From Squalus acanthias (lineage: Eukaryota): DNA of 64,000 nucleotides. The position numbers were made by a program, and so were the translations under genes. The stretch covers positions 114,144,001-114,208,000 of the forward strand of contig CM059431.1 in assembly GCA_030390025.1 (NCBI GenBank). Reading direction: 5' to 3'. Of this stretch, positions 26,840-37,486 are shown in pieces. The notes beneath the pieces are model-generated. The model worked only from the letters and a program-made list of their open reading frames with translations. It had not been told where the DNA came from and ran no database searches. Within the stretch, counting starts at the first letter, position 1. The number at the start of each line of letters is the position of its first letter.

Positions 26840-27889
26840 ATAGAACATAGAACATAGAACAGTACAGCACAGTACAGGCCCTTCGGCCCTCGATGTTGTG
26901 CCGAGCATTGTCCGACCCAAGATCAAGCTATCACACTCCCTATCACTCTGGTGTGCTCCATGTGCTTATCCAATAACCGCTTGAAAGTTCCTAAAGTGTC
27001 CGACTCCACTATCACAGCAGGCAGTCCATTCCACACCCCAACCACTCTCTGAGTAAAGAATCTACCTCGGACATCCCTTCTATATCTCCCCCCATGCACC
27101 TTATAGTTATGCCCCCTTGTAACAGCTGCCTCTACCCGAGGAAATAGTCTCTGAACATCCACTCTATCTATCCCCCTCATCATCTTATAAACCTCTATTA
27201 AGTCGCCTCTCATCCTCCTCCGCTCTAAAGAGAAAAGCCCCAACTCCCTCAATCTTTCCTCATAAGACCTCCCCCCCAAACCAGGCAGCATCCTGGTAAA
27301 TCTCCTTTGCACTCTTTCCAATGCTTCCACGTCCTTCCTATAGTGAGGTGACCAGAACTGCACACAATATTCCAAATGTGGTCTCACCAAGGTCCTGTAC
27401 AGTTGCAGCATAACCTCACGGTTCTTAAACTCAAACCCTCTGTTAATAAACGCCAACACACCATAGGCCTTCTTTACTGCTCTATCCACTTGAGTGGCAA
27501 CCTTCAGAGATCTGTGGATATGAACCCCCAGATACCTCTGTTCCTCCACGTTCCTCAGAACCCTGCCGTTGACCCTGTAATCCTTATTCAAATTTGCCCT
27601 ACCAAAATGAATCACCTCGCACTTATCAGAGTTAAATTCCATCTGCCATTTTTCGGCCCAGCTCTGCATCCTATCAATGTTTCTTTGCAGCCTACAACAG
27701 CCCTCCACCTCATCCACTGCTCCACCAATCTTGGTGTCATCAGCAAATTTACTGATCCACCCTTCAGTCCCCTCCTCCAAGTCATTGATAAAAATCACAA
27801 ACAGCAGAGGACCCAGCACCGACCCCTGTGGCACACCGCTGGTAACTGGTCTCCAGTCCGAAAATGCTCCATCCACCACCACCCTCTGC
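26840..27889 (-). mobile_element. Young 5'-truncated CR1 LINE with uninterrupted 319-aa ORF2 C-terminal part
   Basis: ORF 26923-27882: SGVPQGSVLGP, KFADDTK, LVRPHLEYC; (AACATAG)n tail at ~26837-26860. Confidence 0.96.
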
Positions 27890-27941
27890 CTTACATATTA
27901 AATTATTCAACCCTGACTCATTGTACATAGATAGACACAAT

Positions 27942-29694
27942 GGCCGGAATTTTCCTTACCTCGGCGGGTCCGGGGCGGTCGATGTCGGTGACGGGTCGCA
28001 GACCTGCTGCTGGCTCCATCCCACTCTGGAAAATGAATTTACATTGATGGGGCTTGTTAAGCCCGCCCAGCGCGTTTCCCAGGCCAATTAGAGGAAGTGG
28101 GTCTGGTGACGTCATCCATGACTTGTCATCAGCCGGTTTCCTTAAAGGGGCCATGGCCAACTTTCTTTTGACAGTTGTGCTGTCAGTGTTCTACAGCATT
28201 GAAATGCTGCAAACACTGACAGTCACTGCACAGAGGTGCAGGGCTGCACACAGGCTCACCCATGACTCCCTCCATATGCTTATGGAGCGAGTCAGAGCAT
28301 GCAGGGAGGTTCTCTTCCCTTCCGATGGGCGGAAGAGACCTCCACAGGAGAGCAAAACAGCCTGGTTGCAAATTGCATAGGAGGGCACAAGCAGGGATGT
28401 CATCAGGAGGACCAGACTGCAATGGCGCAAACCTGTCAATGATCTCAGTAGATCACGAAATGTTATTGCAAAGCCACACTCAACCTCATCCTGCTGTGCC
28501 ACTCATCACATCTCCATCACTCTGCCTTCCCTACCCTACTCCTGCACATCCTTACTCACACCAAGTTACCTTGCACCTCCACCCATCCCTTCCTCTCTAC
28601 ATTATCACATCCCCATCTCACTAGCCACCCCTCACACTCACCCTCAACCTAGTGCAATCATACCAACTAACAACACACAAGGGTAGCCACTTGGGTGTTT
28701 TATCCAATGTTCATGTAAAGATTCTGTTAATGTGCTGTCAAACATTGAAACCTTTATTTTCAACACTTTGCATTCTTGGACAGATTTGTGTGCACTTTGG
28801 AAGTGGCTTAGTGAGTTGCAGTGAATGGTGAGACATAATGGTACCCCCCACAATGATGGTGCATGTGAAAGGAATGGCTTGGGCATTGTAGGGATGCTTT
28901 ATGGTGTTGGTGTGGGGTGGTGCCAACCTGGCGCATCATGTGGCAGCCAGGGTGTACAGCGTCAAGTGAAGTGAATCTTGCCATGGTGAGGCCATCCCTG
29001 GCCTCCCGAGCAGCAATGTGGTCGGGTTGATGCCCTCTGTCCTGTGCAGCATCAGGTGATTGCGGAGAAGGTTGATGCTGCTGGTGTGCCTGGTACTGCT
29101 GGTGTTGGGGCTGATCGTGGTCGGATTCTGAGAACCAAGGTGAGACAGTATAAAGGGCACCCATGTTGATGGAATAGATAGCAGGTGAAGTAGAGATGAC
29201 AGTAGCATTCTGTCAATGCTGAGAAAGTTCTTCCAATGAGGTAAGAGTGGATGGAGAGTGGAAAGTGGAAAGCCTGCAGAATCTGTGCTGGAAATGGACT
29301 GAGAAACAGCTTCTGGCTGAGGAAAGTGATAATCTGTCAGGTAGGAGCTTTTACTATACATTTGAAGCTGTCAAGTAATTAGCTGGAGCAATGGCCATTC
29401 AACTCCCACCTTAGGTTCACAAATGTTGTCCCCGAGCAGCGTGGACCCCATGGGCGAGCAGTAAAAGTTAAAAGGTAAGATTAAAAGCATTAAGGGTCTG
29501 TCAACAACCCAATAATTGGTTTAATTGGGTCGCCCGCCTCTGCGGGTCGGGTCGGATCGGAGATCACATGCACCTGTGGGAAAGGCACGTTGCGGCGGGT
29601 TGACAGTGGGAGCCAGACCCACTGTCGAAAAAATTTAATTTCCCACCCAACCCGCCACTGATCCTGCCTGCTGACCCCCCGGAAAATTCCGGCC
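27942..29694 (+). mobile_element. Non-autonomous PIF/Harbinger element (1.75 kb) with Myb/SANT-like ORF remnant, TSD AAT
   Basis: Perfect 14-bp TIR GGCCGGAATTTTCC / GGAAAATTCCGGCC flanked by AAT; plus strand encodes SLHMLMERVRACREVLFPSDGRKRPP..KTAWLQIA*...RRTRLQWRKPVNDL (trihelix/Myb-like); minus strand has a transposase-like C-terminal remnant (AREARDGLTMARF). Confidence 0.9.
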
Positions 29695-30824
29695 AATGAG
29701 ACAATGATTGTATGAGCACGATTTGTTGTGTGAACTTTTATTGCACCACTTGCATCCTGCACATGATAAATCTGATTGCCAGCAAAGAAACACGAGGTAT
29801 AAGTGATTCCAACGCATTGGACACAAACCACATTTGTAACCAGTTTCTAATATCTTGCTCAAGGGAGGACAGCTTTAAAAGTACTGCAGTTTTAAGGAAA
29901 GGTTCAATGTGAACTTTGATTTCACATCGCATAATTAGCTCCCTTGCTGTGGCAGGTACAGCAATATCTCCATACAAACCCTCTTCCCTCTCCTCATAGT
30001 CTCAATGTTTGTATTCTACAGGTATATGTGCAGAATTTGTGCATCTCACATACATCTGTACTTAAAACCTGTAGGTACCAAAACATCAGTCCGTAATGCA
30101 TACTCAAAGAAAATTTACATGACTGCACTCCTGGCAAGTTGCTTCTTGTTAATTTATAGAAAATGTTTCCCAATTTTGTTTTAATTTATTGCAAGTGGAT
30201 TAATTTATACCTTTAACAAATTCCATTAGAAGTTAAATCTACACCAACAAAGTTGGTAAATAAACTGCTTTGGATTGTGATCTGAGGAGGCAGGTGTCAC
30301 AGAATGCAAATCACTCAGGATCTCTAAACCAGGCAACTGCAATGGGCTGAGAGCGCCTCAGAAGCAGTTGTCATGGCACAAAATCATCTAGAACAGCTGA
30401 TCAATTGGAGTGATCTGGATTTAAGTGCTTCCCAGTCTAGATGTAGACCATAGTTTGCCATTTGAAAGCTGTGCAAGGATTCTGTGAATCGGTGTGCTGA
30501 ATAATGAAACTGGCCGCACAACGATGTGGTCATAACAGCCAGATTATTCTTGCAATCATTTAACATTTTTAGAATAAACTTAAACAAAATACTAATTGCA
30601 GCTGTTTGCACTCGAGTACACATTTGTAGTGTGTGCTGGAGCCTGACCTTTACTGTAATTTTCAGAACAAGCTATTCCTGTTTGTTTCAAGAGCTTTTAC
30701 CATTTGTTTCAGGTATTTTGCTTGCTTGAAACCAATCCAATATAATGGCAATGCCTCTTCGAAATTGCTAACCAAATACATTTAAATTTGACCTAAACTT
30801 GCAATCACTCCATGCTCCTGAAGC

Positions 30825-30985
30825 AAGAGAGCCTTGCATTTCTATAGCGCCTGTCATGACCCAAAGCGCTTCGCAGCCAAAGAAGTACATTTGAAGTACA
30901 CGGCAGCCAATTTACACACAGCAAGGTCCCATGAAAAGCTGGATGATCAGTTTTAGTGATGTTGGTTGAGGGATAAATGTTAACT
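30825..30985 (-). mobile_element. DeuSINE-like 3' fragment
   Basis: CTTGCATTTCTATAGCGCC...CCCAAAGCGCTTCGCAGCCAA...GATGTTGGTTGAGGGATAAATGTT, reverse complement of the 20955-21065 tail type. Confidence 0.7.
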
Positions 30986-31079
30986 GGCTGCTCCTCATAG
31001 ACAGAGTCTCCACTTCAAATTCTACGAAACTTCAAAATAGTCATATACAATTACCTTCAGGATAAAATACACACATTAA

Positions 31080-32668
31080 GGCCGCGATTTACCCTACCTC
31101 GGCGGGCGATGTTGATGGCGGGTCTCGGCCCCGCTGCTGGCTCCATCCCGGCCTCCGAAATGACTTTCCGATGATTGAGCTTGTTAAGCCCGCCCAGCAC
31201 GTTACCCGGCCAATTGAAGGAAGCGGGTCTGACGCGTCATCAGCCGGTTTCCTTAAAGGGACCATGCCCAAACTTAGTTTAACATTTGTGCTGTCAGTGT
31301 TCTGCAGCATTGAGGTGCTGCAAACACTGGCAAGCACTGCACAGAGGTGCACGGCTGCACCCAGGCTCTCCCATGACTCCCTCCATATGCTTATGGAGGG
31401 AGTCGTGGTATGCAGGGAGGTCCTCTTCCCTTTCCATAGGCGGAAGAGACCTCCCCAAGACACCAACACAGCCTGGTTGCACATTGCACAGGGGGACACA
31501 AGCAGGGATGTCTTTAGGAGGACCTGGGTCCAGTGGTGCAAACCATTCAATGATCTCAGTAGATCACGAAACGTTACTGCAAAGCCACACTCAACCTCAT
31601 CCTGCTGTGCCACTCATCACATCCCCATCACTCTGCCTTCCCTACCCTACTCCTGCACATCCTTACTCACACCAACTTACCTTGTACCATCACCCATCCC
31701 TCTCTATCTACATTATCACATCTCAATAGCCACCTCTCACACTCAACCTCATCCGAGTGCAATCATACCAACTAACAGCACACAAGGGTAGGCACTTGGA
31801 TGCTTTAGCCATGTTCATGTAAAGTTTCTGTTAATGTGCTGTCAAACATTGAAATCTTTATTTTCAACACTTTGCGTTCTTGGATATATTTGTATGCACC
31901 TTTGGAAGTGGCTTAGTGATTTGCAGTGAATGGTACCCCCACAATGCTGACGAGTGTGAAAGGAATGGCTTGGGCATTGTAGGGATGCCTTATGTTGTTG
32001 GTGTGGGGTGGTGCCAACCTGGCGCATCATGTGGCAGCCAAGGTGTACAGCATCAAGTGAAGTAAATGTGGCCATGGTGAGGCCATCCCTGGCGTCCCGG
32101 GCAGCAATGTGATCAGGTGCTGATGTCCTTTGTCCTGTGCAGCATCAGGTGATTGCGGAGAAGGTTGGTGTTGTTGTTGGTGCTGCTGGTGTGCCTGGTG
32201 ATGCTGATGTTGGGGCTGATCGTGGTGGGATTCTGAGGACCAAGGTGAGAGAGTTTCAAGGGCAACCATGCTGATGGAATAGATGGCCGGTAAAGTAGAG
32301 ATGACAAAATCAACGGTGGGAGAGGTCAGACTGGATGGAGACTTGTGTAAAGACTTCCATCATCCTGAATCTGTAGTGGAAATGCAGATTAGAGAAGCTG
32401 GTGGTTAAGGGAACATTTCTCAATCAGCTGGGAGCTTTGCCTTGACATTTGAAGCTGTCAACTCATCAGCTGATTCAATGGCCACTGACCTCCCATCTCA
32501 GCTTTACAGATGAGATCTAGGCACAGTGGGAAAACGGTGGGCGACCTGTCAAATCCAAATAATTGCCTCAGCGCTGGCAGACCCTACATCGGGAAAGTCC
32601 AGTGTGCCTAACCCGCTGTCAATAATTTTTAATTTAATAGTTGACTCGCCATTCAGCCCATCTGTTGT
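31080..32668 (+). mobile_element. Second copy of the 27942-29694 Harbinger family, right TIR missing
   Basis: Collinear similarity throughout (ORF 31171-31791 vs 28054-28380/28262-28624; Myb-like RRTWVQWCKPFNDL); left end TAA|GGCCGCGATTTACC; right end runs directly into the satellite. Confidence 0.88.
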
Positions 32669-34440
32669 TATTGAGTACAGGTATCTGTACTGTACAGTCA
32701 TTGAGTGCAGGTACCTGTAATCTACAGGCATTGAGTGCAGGTATCTGAATTGTACAAGCATTGAGTGCAGGTACCAGTAATGAAAAGGCATTGAGTGCAG
32801 GTAACTGTAATGTACAGGCATTGAGTACAGGAACCTGTAATTTTCAGGCATTAAGTACAGGTACATGTAATGTACAGGCATTGAGTGCAGGTAACTGTAA
32901 TATATAGGCATTGAGTGCAGGTACCTGTAATATACAGGCATTGAGTGCAGGTAGCTGTAATATACAGGTATTGAGTGCAGGTAACCGTATAATACAGGCA
33001 TTGAGCACATTTGCCTGTAATATACAGGAATTGAGTGCATTTACCTGTAATGTACTGGCATTGAATACAGGTACCTGTAATATACAGGGATTGAGTGCAG
33101 TTACCTGTCGTGTACAGGCATTGAGTGCAGGTAAAAGTACTGTACAGACATTGAGGGCAGGTACCTGTAATCTACAGGCATTGAGTGCAGGTATCTGAAT
33201 TGTAGAAGCATTGAGTGCAGGTACCTGTAATGTACAGGCATTGAGTGCAAGTACCTGTAATGTACATTCATTGAGTGCAGATAACTGTAAAATACAGGCA
33301 TTGAGTGCAGGTAACTGTAATATACAGTCACTGCGTGCAGGTACCTATAATGTAGAGGCATTGAGTGCAGCGACCTGTAACATACAGGCATTGAGTGCAG
33401 GTACCTGTAATGTACAGGCCTTGAGTGCAAGTACCTGTAATGTACATGCATTGAGTGCAGATAGCTGTCATATAAATAATTGATTGCAGGTACCTCTAAT
33501 GTACAGGCATTAACTGCAGGTACCTGTAATGTACAGGCATTGAGTGCAGATAAACGTAATATACAGGCATTGAATGCTGGTACCTGAAACGTGCAGGCAT
33601 TGAGTGCCGATAACTGAAATATACAGGCATTGAGTGAAGGTACCTGTAAGGTACAGGCATTGAGTGCAGGTACCTGTAATGTATAGGCATTGAGTGCAGG
33701 TACCTGTAATGTACAGGCATTGAGTGCAGGTGTCAGTAATGTATAGGCACTGAATGCAGGTACCTCTAGAGTACAGGCATTGATTGCAGGTACCTGTACT
33801 GTACAGGCATTGAGGGCTGATAACTGTAATATAAAGGCATTGAGTGCAGGTACCTGTAATGTACAGGCATTGAGTGCAGGTACCTGTAATGTACAGGCAT
33901 TGAGTGCAGGTACCTGTAATGTACAGGCATTGAGTGCAGGTACCTGTAATGTACAGGCATTGAGTGCAGGTACCTGTAATATACAGGCATTGAATGCAGG
34001 TACATGTAATGTACAGGCATTGAGTGCAGGTAACCGTATAATACAGGCATTGAGCACAGTTGCCTGTAATATACAGGCATTGAGTGAATTTACCTGTAAT
34101 GTGCAGGCATTAAACGCAGGTACCTGTAATATATAGGCAAAGAGTGCAGTTACCTGTCGTGTACAGGTATTGAGTGCAGATAACTGTAATATAGAGGAAT
34201 TGAGTGCAGGTAACTACTGTAAAGGCATTGAGAGCAGGTACCTGTAATCTACAGGCATTGAGTGAGGTATCTGAATTGTAGAAGCATTGAGTGCAGGTAC
34301 CAGTAATGTACAGGCATTAAGTGCAGGTACCTGTAATGCACAGGCATTGACTGCGAGGTCCTGAAATATACAGGCATTGAGTGCAGGGGTCAGTAATGTA
34401 TAGGCACTGAATGCAGGTACCTCTATTGTACAGGCATTTA

Positions 34441-37400
34441 GAAACATAGAAACATAGAAACATAGAAAATAGGTACAGGAGTAGACCATTCGGTCCTTCG
34501 AGCCTGCACCGCCATTCAATGCGTTCATGGCTGAACATGCTACCTCAGTACCCCATTCCTGCTTTCTCGCCATACCCCTTGATCCCCTTAGTTGTGAGTG
34601 TTATATCTAACTCCCTTTTGAATATATTTAGCGAACTGGCCTCAACAACCTTCTGTGGTAGAGAATTCCATAGATTCACCACTCTCTGGGTGAAGAAGTT
34701 CCTCCTCAGCTCAGTCCTAAATGGCTTCCCCTTAATCCTTAGACTGTGACCCCTGGTTCTAGTTTTCCCTACCATTGGGAACATTCTGCCCGCATCTAAT
34801 TTGTCTAAACCAGTCAGGATTTTAAATGTCTCTATAAGATCCCCCCTCATTCTTCTGAACTCCAGAGGATACAAGTTCAGTTGACCCAATCTTTCTTGAT
34901 ATGTCAGTCCGGCCATCCCAGGAATCAATCTAGTGAACCTTCGCTGCACTCCCTCAATAGCAAGAATGTCCTTCCTTAAGTTAGGAGACCAAAACTGCGC
35001 ACAATACTCCAGGTGTGGACTCACCAAGGCCCTGTACAACTGCAGCATCACCTCCCTACTCCTGTACTCAAATCCCCTTACTATGAAGGCCATCATTCCA
35101 TTTGCTTTCTTGACTGCCTGCTGCACTTGCATTCCCACCTTCAGTGACTGATGTACCATGATGCCCAGGTCTCGTTGCACCTCCCCTTTCCCTAATCTGC
35201 CACCATTCAGGTAATAGTCCGCCTCTCTATTTTTACCACCAAAGTGGATAACCTCACATTTATCCACATTGTACTTCATCTGCCATACATTTGCCCATTC
35301 ACCCAACCTGTCCAAGTCACTCTGTAGCCTCCTAGCATCCTCCTCATTGTTCACACTGCCTCCCAATTTAGTGTCATCCGCAAATTTGGAGATATTACAT
35401 TTAATCCCTTCGTCCAAATCATTAATATATAATGTAAACAGCTGGGGTCCCAGCACCGAACCCTGCGGTACCCCGCTGGTCACTGCCTGCCATTCTGAAA
35501 AGTACCCATTTACTCCTACTCTTTGTTTCCTGTGTGCCAACCAGTTCTCAATCCACGTCAACACATTACCCCCAATCCCATGTGCTTTAACTTTGCTCAC
35601 CAATCTCTTGTGTGGGACCTTGTCGAAGGCCTTCTGAAAGTCCAAATACACCACATCTACTGGTTCCCCCCTGTCCACCCTATTGGAAACATCCTCAAAA
35701 AATTCCAGAAGATTTGTCAAGCATGATTTCCCTTTCACAAATCCATGCTGACTTGGACCTATCATGTCGCCACTTTCCAAATGGTCTGTTATGACATCTT
35801 TAATAATTGCTTCCATCATTTTACCCACGACCGATGTCAGGCTGACCGGTCTATAATTCCCTGCTTTCTCCCTCCCTCCTTTTTTAAAAAGAGGGGTTAC
35901 ATTGGCCACCCTCCACTCCATCGGAACTGATCCAGAGTCTAAGGAATGTTGGAAAATGATCGTCAATGCATCCACTATTTCCAAGGCCACCTCCTTAAGT
36001 ACTCTGGGATGCAGACCATCAGGCCCCGGGGATTTTTCAGCCTTCAGTCCCATCAATTTCCCCAATACCTTTTCCCGACTAATAAGGATTTCCCTCAGCT
36101 CCTCCCTCTTACCAGATCCTCTGACCCCTTTTATTTCCGGCAGGTTGTGTGTGTCCTCCACAGTAAACACCGAACCAAAGTACTTGTTGAATTGATCCGC
36201 CATTTCCTTGTTCCCCATTACGACTTCCCCTGTTTCCGACTGCAGGGGACCTACGTTTGTTTTTACTAACCTCTTTCTTTTTACATATTTATAGAAGCTT
36301 TTGCAGTCCATTTTAATGTTCTCTGCAAGCTTCCTTTCATATTTTATTTTCCCTGCCCTAATCAAACCCTTCGTCCTCCTCTGCTGAGTTTTGAAGTTCT
36401 CCCAGTCCCCGGGTTTGCTGCTACTTCTGGCCAATTTGTATGCAACTTCCTTGGTTTTAATACTATCCCTGATTTCCCTTGTTAGCCATGGTTGAGCCAC
36501 CTTCCCTTTTTTATTTTTACGCCAGACCGGTATGTACAATTGTTGTAGTTCATCCATGCGATCTCTAAATGTCTGCCATTGCCCTTCCACTGATAGCCCC
36601 TTAAATATCGCTTGCCAATTTAACCTCGCCAATTCACGCCTCATACCCTCAAAGTTGCCCTTATTTAAGTTCTGGACCATGGTCTCTGACTTAACTGTTT
36701 CCTTCTCCATCCTAATGTAGAACTCCACCATACTATGGTCACTCTTCCCCAGGGGGCCTCGTACCACAAGATTGCTGATTAGTCCTTCCTCATTACACAA
36801 CACCCAGTCCAGGATGGCCTCCCCTCGAGTTGGTTCCTCAACATATTGGTTTAGGAAACCATCCCTTAAACACTCCAGGAAATCCTCCTCCACCGTATTG
36901 CTTCCAGTTTGAGTAGCCCAATCTATATGCATATTAAAGTCACCCATGATAACTGCCGTGCCTTTTTTGCACGCACCTCTGATTTCCTGTTTCATACCCT
37001 CCCCCACCTCACTACTGCTGTTTGGAGGTCTGTACACAACTCCCACTAACGTTTTCTGCCCTTTGGTGTTCTGCAGCTGGACCCATATTGATTCCACATC
37101 CTCCAAGCTGATGTCCTTCCTAGCTATTGCATTAATCTCCTCTTTAACCAGCAATGCTACCCCACCCCCTTTTCCTTTTATTCTATCCTTTCTGAATGTT
37201 GAATACCCCTGGATGTTCAGTTCCCAGCCTTGATTGTTCTGGAGCCACGTCTCTGTAATCCCAATCACATCGTATCCGTTAACATCTATTTGCACAGTCA
37301 ATTCATCCACCTTATTACGGATACTCCTTGCATTAAGACACAGAGCCTTTAGGCTTGTTTTATTAACATCCTTTGTCCTTTTAGACTTATGATTTAGTAT

Positions 37401-37486
37401 GGCCCTTTGTGTTTCTTGCCTTTGTTTACTCGGCCTTCCCCTATTGTTTCTCACCCTTCTAACATTTGTTTCTGACTGCATATTAC
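34441..37486 (-). mobile_element. CR1 LINE inserted in the satellite, complete ORF2, lacking ORF1
   Basis: (GAAACATA)n tail at 34441; TTTA on both flanks (34437-34440, 37487-37490); empty site GGCATTTACTGCAGG seen at ~39126-39140. Confidence 0.97.
34545..37481 (-). CDS. CR1 ORF2 protein, 978 aa: APE-like endonuclease plus reverse transcriptase
   Basis: Uninterrupted ORF; endonuclease motifs LNARS, ITETW, GDFN, LDWV, SDH; RT motifs NYRPVSL, YLDFQKAFD, GVPQGSVLGP, KFADD. Confidence 0.96.
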   Translation of the reverse strand: MQSETNVRRVRNNRGRPSKQRQETQRAILNHKSKRTKDVNKTSLKALCLNARSIRNKVDELTVQIDVNGYDVIGITETWLQNNQGWELNIQGYSTFRKDRIKGKGGGVALLVKEEINAIARKDISLEDVESIWVQLQNTKGQKTLVGVVYRPPNSSSEVGEGMKQEIRGACKKGTAVIMGDFNMHIDWATQTGSNTVEEDFLECLRDGFLNQYVEEPTRGEAILDWVLCNEEGLISNLVVRGPLGKSDHSMVEFYIRMEKETVKSETMVQNLNKGNFEGMRRELARLNWQAIFKGLSVEGQWQTFRDRMDELQQLYIPVWRKNKKGKVAQPWLTREIRDSIKTKEVAYKLARSSSKPGDWENFKTQQRRTKGLIRAGKIKYERKLAENIKMDCKSFYKYVKRKRLVKTNVGPLQSETGEVVMGNKEMADQFNKYFGSVFTVEDTHNLPEIKGVRGSGKREELREILISREKVLGKLMGLKAEKSPGPDGLHPRVLKEVALEIVDALTIIFQHSLDSGSVPMEWRVANVTPLFKKGGREKAGNYRPVSLTSVVGKMMEAIIKDVITDHLESGDMIGPSQHGFVKGKSCLTNLLEFFEDVSNRVDRGEPVDVVYLDFQKAFDKVPHKRLVSKVKAHGIGGNVLTWIENWLAHRKQRVGVNGYFSEWQAVTSGVPQGSVLGPQLFTLYINDLDEGIKCNISKFADDTKLGGSVNNEEDARRLQSDLDRLGEWANVWQMKYNVDKCEVIHFGGKNREADYYLNGGRLGKGEVQRDLGIMVHQSLKVGMQVQQAVKKANGMMAFIVRGFEYRSREVMLQLYRALVSPHLEYCAQFWSPNLRKDILAIEGVQRRFTRLIPGMAGLTYQERLGQLNLYPLEFRRMRGDLIETFKILTGLDKLDAGRMFPMVGKTRTRGHSLRIKGKPFRTELRRNFFTQRVVNLWNSLPQKVVEASSLNIFKRELDITLTTKGIKGYGEKAGMGY

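Larger units (their letters stand above)
26765..30345 (-). pseudogene. Decayed coding sequence of unknown identity, copy B, in three pieces (30345-29698, 27941-27890, 26839-26765) split by two insertions
   Basis: Joined pieces align collinearly with 21087-21736; includes ORF 29738-29977 (DIAVPATARELIMRCEIKVHIEPFLKTAVLLKLSSLEQDIRNWL). Confidence 0.6.

Noticed and set aside
29712..29912. Plus-strand peptide ending NQFLISCSREDSFKSTAVLRKGSM*, conserved with the antisense of copy A
   Set aside because: Shadow frame sharing third codon positions with the opposite-strand frame; similarity continues past stop codons shared by both copies, so the opposite strand is the better coding candidate
21087..30345. 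Reading the inverted homologous pair as TIRs of one large transposon (e.g. Maverick), or as retroviral env or a SEA domain
   Set aside because: The copies are too diverged, with codon-patterned differences and no TSD or internal genes; resemblances to env or SEA motifs are too weak to assert without a profile search
34933..37233. Plus-strand ORFs overlapping CR1 ORF2 (also 27376-27930, 16189-16768)
   Set aside because: Antisense shadows of LINE coding sequence
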